Source: an uncultured cyanobacterium (GTDB lineage Bacteria; Cyanobacteriota; Cyanobacteriia; PCC-6307; Cyanobiaceae). Taken from it: DNA of 64,000 nucleotides. Made by a program: the position numbers and the translations under genes. The first letter of the stretch is position 1. Each line of letters begins with the position of its first letter. The stretch is taken from contig CAVONQ010000018.1 of the NCBI GenBank assembly GCA_963697335.1, forward strand, positions 64,001 through 128,000, read 5' to 3'. Of the stretch, positions 53,011-59,904 are shown one piece after another. The notes under the pieces are model-generated. The model had not been told where the DNA came from. It worked only from the letters and a program-made list of their open reading frames with translations, and ran no database searches.

Positions 53011-53238
53011 ATGGCCCCCGGTGCTGCGCCTCGCGCCATTCCCCGCTCCAACCGCTCCCCGTCCAGGGCTGCCGCCCGGAGCCCCCGTCCGGACCACTCC
53101 AGACGAGCAGCAGTCGAGGGACTGCCGTCCCAGCGGCGATCAGCTCTGGACCAGGACTTCGCGGCCATGGCCCAGGTGTGGCAGATGCTCAAATCCGGTG
53201 CCCTGCGGGTGTGGGGTGAGATCGGCCGCAAGACCTGA
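53011..53238 (+). CDS. Small protein (75 aa)
   Basis: Basic disordered N-terminus and amphipathic C-terminus LDQDFAAMAQVWQMLKSGALRVWGEIGRKT. Confidence 0.55.
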   Translation: MAPGAAPRAIPRSNRSPSRAAARSPRPDHSRRAAVEGLPSQRRSALDQDFAAMAQVWQMLKSGALRVWGEIGRKT

Positions 53239-53287
53239 GGGAACCTGCTCCTGCCATGTTGGTGAATCCTGGCCGAAGGTTCGGTTG

Positions 53288-53329
53288 GTAACACGAGCTA
53301 CAGGAGAAGACAACATCCAGTGGCTTAAT
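53288..53329 (+). promoter_or_regulatory. Canonical NtcA box with a downstream -10-like element (focA unit)
   Basis: GTA-ACACGAGC-TAC at 53288-53301, 22-bp spacer, CTTAAT. Confidence 0.7.
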
Positions 53330-53683
53330 GGACTCGTACGGAAGTCAGCTCGCCTGATTTCCTGCTTCCGTCAATTCGGATTGCACGTGTAGGCAGCTTC
53401 TGATTGCTTCGTTTTATGGAGCCCTCGGGTTTCTGATTTTCAGACGCTGACTCCACAATTTTACGCCCTTCCTGCTACGGCTTCGCCTGCCTGGCGGCTC
53501 TGAGTTCTGCTGGCTTGCCAGCTTCAACCCGCCTGCAACTTTCCGCACGGGTTCATCCCCGCTGCTGTGCTGTTGCCGGCCCACTCCAAGGTGTACCCAA
53601 GCCGATCGGCCCCGGTGAGCTTTTTGGCGGGTTTGTTCTCAGTTTGCCGGTGCATCGCCTTGTCCAATCTTCCCCGAAATTCC

Positions 53684-53875
53684 ATGGCCCACTCCTCCAG
53701 CACCACCTCGGCGGCCAAACCAACCGTTGCACCCCAGGGCGCAGGCTCTGGCTCAGATCCGTTTTCCCGCTTCGTGAACTGGTTCAGTTCCATGGGTGCT
53801 GAGTCGTCTGAGCCTGTGGGTTCCACCCCGTCCAAAGATCTCTTCAGCCAACTGATGAATCGCATCAGCGGCTGA
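53684..53875 (+). CDS. Small protein upstream of focA (63 aa)
   Basis: MAHSSS..DPFSRFVNWFS..DLFSQLMNRISG; ATG after a pyrimidine-rich tract. Confidence 0.6.
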   Translation: MAHSSSTTSAAKPTVAPQGAGSGSDPFSRFVNWFSSMGAESSEPVGSTPSKDLFSQLMNRISG

Positions 53876-53935
53876 CCACCGGCGAGCCGGCCAAGGCTGG
53901 TTGTTGGTCTCATTTACCTCAATCTTTCCTTCTTC

Positions 53936-54817
53936 ATGGATTACGTCTTACCCAATGAGCTCGTCGATGGGATGATTGCCGCTGGAGGCAAGAAGTCCGG
54001 CGTCAGCGTCAAGAACCTTCTGTTGCGAGGCTTCTACTCCGGATCCGTGCTTGGTCTGGCGTTGTGTCTCGCCCTCACCATCATGGTGCAGACGGGGATT
54101 CCCTGGATCGGATCATTCATCTTCCCCTTTGGCTTCGCCAGCATCGTGCTGTTTGGCATGGAGCTGGTCACAGGTAATTTTGCCCTCCTGCCGATGGCGG
54201 TCTGGGCGGGCAAGACCACCTGGAAAAAGACCTTCCACAACTGGATGTGGGTGTGGATCGGCAATTTTCTCGGCACCGGCCTGGTCGGCATCCTGTTTGC
54301 CATGAGCCTCACCAGTGGTGGCACGGCAGACCTCGCCACCGGCGCTGGAGACTGGGTGGCCGTGGCCAACAAAATCATCGGCCTCAACAAGGCCAACGTG
54401 ATCGCCAAGTATCAGAATCTGGGAGCGCTTGGATTCTTCCTTGCTTTCCTGCGCGGTGTGATCGCCAACTGGCTGGTCTGTCTGGGCGTCACCCTGGCCC
54501 TGGTGAGCAAGAGCGTTCCCGGCAAGATCCTTGCCTGCTGGCTGCCCATCACTGCCTTCCAGGCGCTGGGCATGGAGCACATTGTGGTCAACATGTTCCT
54601 GCACACCACGGGTCCTCTGCTTGGCTCTGGTGTGAGTTTCCTGCAGATCGCCTTCTGGAACTACCTGCCTGTGACGCTGGGCAACATTGTGGGTGGCATG
54701 GTGTTCATCGGCATGCTCTTCTACAGCACCCACCGCACTCCGATCACCAATGTGCTGCCGACCCGGCACGATGAAAAGCTGGAAAGGGAGCTTGCTGCAG
54801 AATTGGGAGCGCGCTGA
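53936..54817 (+). CDS. focA: Formate/nitrite transporter family nitrite channel
   Basis: FPFGF, ELVTGNF, GNFLG, ANWLVCL, EHIVVNMF, GNIVGG. Confidence 0.95.
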   Translation: MDYVLPNELVDGMIAAGGKKSGVSVKNLLLRGFYSGSVLGLALCLALTIMVQTGIPWIGSFIFPFGFASIVLFGMELVTGNFALLPMAVWAGKTTWKKTFHNWMWVWIGNFLGTGLVGILFAMSLTSGGTADLATGAGDWVAVANKIIGLNKANVIAKYQNLGALGFFLAFLRGVIANWLVCLGVTLALVSKSVPGKILACWLPITAFQALGMEHIVVNMFLHTTGPLLGSGVSFLQIAFWNYLPVTLGNIVGGMVFIGMLFYSTHRTPITNVLPTRHDEKLERELAAELGAR

Positions 54818-54901
54818 GCAAAGCCTCTGGGCTGAATCTTTGTTCTCACTCTGTTAACCTGAGAACATCGTCACAACGATTACACTCCCATCCAATAGAG
54901 A

Positions 54902-54929
54902 GCCGGGCAGCAGGGCTGCCCGGCCTTTT
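54902..54929 (+). terminator. Intrinsic terminator between focA and cynS
   Basis: GCCGGGCAGC-AGG-GCTGCCCGGC followed by CTTTT. Confidence 0.8.
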
Positions 54930-54950
54930 CTATGTCGCCCAGCTTGGTGG

Positions 54951-55418
54951 TCACCATTTCTTGTAGGGCAGGAACTTGCCGCACATGGTGATCTTCACCC
55001 GATCTCCCGCGGGATTGGCTTCTTTGTCCACATGCAGGGTGAAGTCGATGGCGCTCATGATGCCATCGCCGAACTTCTCCTGAATCACGTCCTTCAGCGG
55101 CATGCCATACACCTGCATGATCTCGTAGAACCGGTAGATCAGTGGATCGGTGGGGATCACCGGATCCAGGCTTCCCTTGGTGGGGTAGACCTGCAGGGCA
55201 GCCGCACTGTCGCCATCAAGGCCAAGCAAGCCGCCCAGGGTCGTGGCTTCCTCGCTGGAGGCGCAAGCCTGGCCATAAAACAGTGACGCGACCCACACTT
55301 CGTCGCGGCCAAGGGCCTCGCCCAGTTCGGAGAAGCTGAGCCCCTTGGCTTTCTTGGCCTTCAGAAGCGTGGTCGTCAAGGACGATCCGGTGGAGCCGGG
55401 TGTTGATGACATGGTCAT
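54951..55418 (-). CDS. cynS: Cyanate hydratase (cyanase)
   Basis: [30 protein letters not shown]. Confidence 0.97.
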   Translation of the reverse strand: MTMSSTPGSTGSSLTTTLLKAKKAKGLSFSELGEALGRDEVWVASLFYGQACASSEEATTLGGLLGLDGDSAAALQVYPTKGSLDPVIPTDPLIYRFYEIMQVYGMPLKDVIQEKFGDGIMSAIDFTLHVDKEANPAGDRVKITMCGKFLPYKKW

Positions 55419-55529
55419 AAAGGTTGAGATCTGATGTGGCAGCCAAGCAGCTGATCTCTGGGCTCTCTGCCGCTTGAAGTGCTGCAAAATGTGGCCCCTT
55501 TATGCTCTCGTAGCAGCTGCGATTTCCAT

Positions 55530-55543
55530 GTGGCGACCGATAC
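55530..55543 (-). promoter_or_regulatory. NtcA-like site upstream of cynS
   Basis: Minus strand GTA-TCGGTCGC-CAC, near-identical to the box at 50654. Confidence 0.6.
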
Positions 55544-55684
55544 GCTCGGTGCCTGATTCTGCTGCTCTGCTTGGGCTTCAGGCCTGCTGCAGGTGCCTCC
55601 CGGCACCGGAGCGCAGGCGACCTGCTCGCCAGTGTCTCCTCCCCTGGGCCCAGTGCAGGAACTGCCCAACACCTCGGCCATTCG

Positions 55685-55698
55685 GTAGTGCTGGCCAC
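55685..55698 (+). promoter_or_regulatory. NtcA-like site upstream of the cupin gene
   Basis: GTA-GTGCTGGC-CAC; a second variant GTT-N8-TAC lies at 55721-55734. Confidence 0.5.
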
Positions 55699-55765
55699 AC
55701 TTGATCAGGTAGTGTGTTCGGTTCACTGGACTACGTCCAACCGGTGCTCCCCTACACCGACTGCC

Positions 55766-56272
55766 ATGACTGCCACAACGCCGAGACCGGCGCCGATGTT
55801 CGAGCTCATCCCCTACGAGAAGTTCCGCGACACCCCCGCGGTGCGCTTCTTCGACATCACCGTGGCCGCTTCCAACGCCCGGGATCTGGTGATCCACTCG
55901 GGGCCCGCCACCTCCCCTCCGGACGATCCGGCCACCGGGGCCTGGCAGTTCTACCTGCACCCCCACCAGGAGGACAACCTGCTCGCCCTGCACGGCGGCC
56001 GCACCTTCTACCTGGTGAACTTCGGCTGGAACTACCCCTTCCACATCGTGCGGCTCGACACGGGTGGCGACATCCTCAGGATTCCGCCTGGCACCTTCCA
56101 CCGCTCGGTCTCCGATCCCGACGGCTCGGTCGTGCTCAACCAGGCGGTGCGTGAACCCGGTGCCAGCCTGGTGCACGAGTTTCGCGTGTACAACAGCCAG
56201 CGGATCCCGCGGCTGTTCGCCACCACCTTCAAAACCGCGCCGCTGCCCAAGCTGCACGGACTCCACTGGTGA
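55766..56272 (+). CDS. Cupin (RmlC-like) domain protein
   Basis: FYLHPHQEDNL (HxH..D) and LRIPPGTFHRS cupin motifs. Confidence 0.8.
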   Translation: MTATTPRPAPMFELIPYEKFRDTPAVRFFDITVAASNARDLVIHSGPATSPPDDPATGAWQFYLHPHQEDNLLALHGGRTFYLVNFGWNYPFHIVRLDTGGDILRIPPGTFHRSVSDPDGSVVLNQAVREPGASLVHEFRVYNSQRIPRLFATTFKTAPLPKLHGLHW

Positions 56273-56313
56273 CGGTCTGCGCCGTTAGGTGACCACTGGC
56301 CCCGCTCCCGCGA

Positions 56314-57207
56314 TCAGCCCAGGGGCAAGCTGGCTTCGCGGGAGGGCAAGGGATCGAGAATCTCAGCCTCGATCAGCCAGTCAAAGCTGCTGCTCACCCC
56401 GGGTGGGCCTGAAAAGCAGCCGGTGATGGCGGCGGTGAGCTCCGGCTTCGAGGATGTGGCCAGGGTGATGTAGCGATCGTCAATGGGACCCTTGCCGCTG
56501 GGGTCGTAGCCGCGCCAGCCTGCCCCCGGCAGGTACACCTCTGTCCAGGCATGCAGGTCGTACTGCTGCGGGGCGGGATCCAACAGGTGGTAGCCGCTGA
56601 CGAACCGGGCCGGCAGACCTACGCATCGGCAGGCCTCGACCATCAGCATGGCCAGGTCACGGCAGGAGCCCACCCGTTCCTTGAGGGTGCGGCCGGCGGG
56701 CCAGGCGGGGCCCACGTGGCGTTGGGTGTACTTCACCCGGTCCTGAATCATTTCCACCAACTGCTCGAGAAACATCAGGGCCCGTTGGTCGCTGCCCATC
56801 AGGGCCTCCTGGGCCATGTCCACGGCAGCGGGATCGTGCTGGCCATTGGGCAGCCAGCCGCCGAGGGCCCCCTGCAGGTCTCCGTTGAGATGGCCCACCG
56901 GATAGGGCAGCAACGGCTCGTTGGTCTCCAGGCAGGTCTGCAGATCCGGCGGGGTGTGGGAGACCACCGTGCTGCTGGCCTCGACGCGGAAGCTGTCGCA
57001 GGAGCCGCCGAAGCGGGCCCGCAGAATCTCATCACCACTGGCGGCGATCAGGGGGAACAGGGAGCTGGGCTCAGGATCGATCGTGAGCTGGAAGTCCACC
57101 AACGTCTGAAACCCATGGCCCCGGGGCTTGAGACAGAAGCGGTGAGCCCCAAGCAGAACCGGCGCGCTGTAGCGGTAGTTGAACCAGTGCTTCAGGCGAG
57201 CACGCAT
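56314..57207 (-). CDS. Transglutaminase-like protein
   Basis: Triad GSCRD / LHAWTEVY / GYDP, plus ARFVSGY. Confidence 0.93.
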   Translation of the reverse strand: MRARLKHWFNYRYSAPVLLGAHRFCLKPRGHGFQTLVDFQLTIDPEPSSLFPLIAASGDEILRARFGGSCDSFRVEASSTVVSHTPPDLQTCLETNEPLLPYPVGHLNGDLQGALGGWLPNGQHDPAAVDMAQEALMGSDQRALMFLEQLVEMIQDRVKYTQRHVGPAWPAGRTLKERVGSCRDLAMLMVEACRCVGLPARFVSGYHLLDPAPQQYDLHAWTEVYLPGAGWRGYDPSGKGPIDDRYITLATSSKPELTAAITGCFSGPPGVSSSFDWLIEAEILDPLPSREASLPLG

Positions 57208-58175
57208 GCCGGATCTGTGCTCTGGGACTCAAGGCTGGCAGCCACGAAGTAGCGTTCCTCGATCAGGTTGTGCAGTCGGTTGAGATCGCTCTGCAGGGTG
57301 TCGATGGCCTCGTGCAGCCCCACGGCGAACAGGTCGTCGATGCGGGTGTAGCTCCAGCGGGCCAGGGTGAGCCCGCTGAGGCATTCCAGCTCGTCCGGCG
57401 CCCCGGGCACCGAGCGGCCCTGCACGATCTTGAGGGTGTCCTGAATCCGCTCGAGGCAGTAGCGCACCGAGCGGGGAAAGATCGGGTCGAGCAGCAGGAA
57501 GCCGGCCACGGCCCGGGGTTCGATCGCCTGCTGGCGCGACTGGCGGAACATCTGGTAAGCGCCGGCGCTGCGCAGCAGGGAGATCCACTGGAGTTCATCG
57601 AGCACGCCGCCCACCTCATCGGGGGAGGGCAGCAGCAGGAAGTACTTCACATCAAGGATGCGGGTGGTTTTGTCAGCCCGCTCCAGCAGCCGCCCCAGCC
57701 GGCTGAACTGCCAGGAGAGATCCCTGCTCAGGGTGGAGTCGGTGATGCCGTAAAAGAGCTGGCAGGCCCGGCGAATGTCGCGCAGCTGCTCCTGGGGTGG
57801 TTGTTTCCAGAAGCTCTCATTCTCCTGCAGGGTCCAGTAGATGTCGTTGAGCTGTTCCCACATCTCGGTGGTGATCACTTCCCGGATCTGGCGGGCGTTC
57901 TCCCGGGCGATGGCGATGCAGTTGGCCACGCTGTTGGGATTCTCCTCAGCCCTCACCAGGAACTCGATCACATCATCGGGGCTGCCATTGGTGTACAGCT
58001 TGTCGAAGAGCTCCCGTTCGCCGCTGGCGTCGATCAGGGGCAGCCAGGGCTCGGCGCTGCCGGGGGGGCAATCGAGGGCCATCGCCTCGCTCACCTCCAC
58101 AAAGCGGGAGATGTTCTCGGCCCGCTCCACATAGCGGTTGATCCAGTAGAGCGAATCGGCAACGCGGCTCAGCAT
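57192..58175 (-). CDS. Alpha-E domain protein (DUF403)
   Basis: MLSRVADSLYW..RYVERAEN, ARENAR, LERADKT.R, FPRSV. Confidence 0.93.
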   Translation of the reverse strand: MLSRVADSLYWINRYVERAENISRFVEVSEAMALDCPPGSAEPWLPLIDASGERELFDKLYTNGSPDDVIEFLVRAEENPNSVANCIAIARENARQIREVITTEMWEQLNDIYWTLQENESFWKQPPQEQLRDIRRACQLFYGITDSTLSRDLSWQFSRLGRLLERADKTTRILDVKYFLLLPSPDEVGGVLDELQWISLLRSAGAYQMFRQSRQQAIEPRAVAGFLLLDPIFPRSVRYCLERIQDTLKIVQGRSVPGAPDELECLSGLTLARWSYTRIDDLFAVGLHEAIDTLQSDLNRLHNLIEERYFVAASLESQSTDPACVLA

Positions 58176-59641
58176 GAGGGGGAGCCCTGCCCTTGCACCT
58201 GACCGTCGGCCCGTTCACTGACGATCCAGGTGTCCTTGCAGCCGCCACCCTGGGAGGAGTTCACCACCAGGGAGCCCCGCCGCAGGGCCACCCGGGTCAG
58301 ACCGCCTGGGCTGACCCAGGCCCCCTTGCCCCGCAGGACGTAGGGCCGCAGGTCCACATGGCATGGGAACAGTTCGCCCTCACTCAGGGAGGGCACCGTG
58401 GAGAGTTCCAGGGTGGGCTGGGCAATGTAGTTGCGCGGGTTGTCCTGGATGCGCTGGGCGAAGTCGTTGATCTCGTCCTGGTCGGCGTGGGGGCCGATCA
58501 TCATTCCGTACCCGCCAGCTTCGGCCACTGCCTTCACCACCAGTTGGTTCAGGTGCTCCAGCACGTAGGCCCGGTCCTTGTCGCGGGAGCAGAGGTAGGT
58601 GGGCACATTTTCGATGATGGGCTCCTCCCCGAGGTAGTACTGGATCATCTCGGGCACGTAGGCGTAGATGAGCTTGTCGTCAGCCACCCCCGTGCCCGGA
58701 GCATTGGCGATCGCCACCCGACCGGCGCTGTAGGCCTGCATCAGGCCCCTCACCCCCAGCATTGAGTCGCTGCGGAACACGGCGGGATCAAGGAAGTCAT
58801 CGTCGATGCGGCGGTAGATCACATCCACGGGCTCCAGGCCGCCGGTGCTGCGCATCCACACCCTGTCGTCCTGGCAGACCAGGTCGCGGCCCTCCACCAG
58901 CTGGATGCCCATCTGCTGGGCCAGGTAGCTGTGCTCGAAGTAGGCACTGTTGAACACCCCTGGGGTGAGCAGCACCACCGTGGGGCGCTCGGTCCAAGGG
59001 GCCAGCTCCCTGAGGCTCTGCAGCAGGTGGGAGGGGTAGTCGTCGATCGGCTGCACGGTGCGGCCGGAGAACAGGCTGGGGAACATCCGCTTCATCACGC
59101 GGCGGTTCTCCAGGAAGTAGGCCACCCCTGACGGGCAGCGCAGGTTGTCTTCCAGGACCCGCCAGGTGCCCTTGCCATCCCGGATCAGATCCAGGCCGGA
59201 GACGTGGCACCACTTGTTGAGCGGTGGCTGGAATCCCTGCATCTGGGGCCGCCAGCCCTGGGAAGTCTCCAGGTCTTCCCGGGGCACGATGCCGTCCCGC
59301 AGGATCAGCTGGTCGCCGTAGATGTCGGCGAGGAAGAGGTCGATCGCCTCGAGGCGCTGCACCAGGCCCCGCTCCAGGGTCTGCCACTCGCTGGTGCCGA
59401 TCAGCCGTGGCAGGGGGTCAAAGGGCAGGATCCGTTCCACCCCCCGGTTGCCCGAGCCGTTGAGCCGGAAGGTGGCCCCGAGCCGCTTCAGCAACATGCC
59501 CGCTGCCACATGGTTGCGGTTGAGCTCTTCGAGGCCCAGCTGCCCCAGGGAGGAGAGCAGGGGCTGCAGGGCGCTGCGGGGTTCGTCCGTGGCGCTGAAG
59601 TACTCGTCGTAGCCGCGGTGGGGCTTGTAGTCGGTGAACAC
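58169..59641 (-). CDS. Circularly permuted type 2 ATP-grasp protein (DUF404/407)
   Basis: PFDPLPR, VLEDNLRCPSG, AYFEH, YRRIDD, DLRP, VVNSSQGGG.KDTW; GTG start. Confidence 0.94.
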   Translation of the reverse strand: MFTDYKPHRGYDEYFSATDEPRSALQPLLSSLGQLGLEELNRNHVAAGMLLKRLGATFRLNGSGNRGVERILPFDPLPRLIGTSEWQTLERGLVQRLEAIDLFLADIYGDQLILRDGIVPREDLETSQGWRPQMQGFQPPLNKWCHVSGLDLIRDGKGTWRVLEDNLRCPSGVAYFLENRRVMKRMFPSLFSGRTVQPIDDYPSHLLQSLRELAPWTERPTVVLLTPGVFNSAYFEHSYLAQQMGIQLVEGRDLVCQDDRVWMRSTGGLEPVDVIYRRIDDDFLDPAVFRSDSMLGVRGLMQAYSAGRVAIANAPGTGVADDKLIYAYVPEMIQYYLGEEPIIENVPTYLCSRDKDRAYVLEHLNQLVVKAVAEAGGYGMMIGPHADQDEINDFAQRIQDNPRNYIAQPTLELSTVPSLSEGELFPCHVDLRPYVLRGKGAWVSPGGLTRVALRRGSLVVNSSQGGGCKDTWIVSERADGQVQGQGSPSC

Positions 59642-59663
59642 GCTGGGACTCCAGGCTGGGTTG

Positions 59664-59706
59664 ATCCTGCAGTGCAGAGGAGCCGCGTCCCGGTGGCGTT
59701 TGTTAC
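59664..59706 (-). promoter_or_regulatory. Putative NtcA-activated promoter of the ATP-grasp operon
   Basis: Minus strand GTA-ACAAACGC-CAC (59706-59693), 23-bp spacer, then CAGGAT in the same ctgCAGGATca context as at nirA. Confidence 0.6.
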
Positions 59707-59904
59707 CAACACCCAGCCAGTTTCGGTTGGCGTGCTGGTGCCCTGGCTGGAGTGGAGCTGGCCGTTGCAGCAGGCCGATGGCTCTGCAACAGGGGCGGCG
59801 CTGGCACTGGATCTCTACGCCGGTTCCAACTGGAGTGGCTCATCCCCACGCTACACAGCGTGGCTCGAACCAGCCTTCCGTGCTGCCGGGTGAGTGGCTC
59901 AGGC

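Noticed and set aside
53524..53913. 129-aa minus-strand ORF upstream of focA
   Set aside because: Antisense to the better supported 63-aa plus-strand ORF and to the NtcA-driven unit; no motifs.
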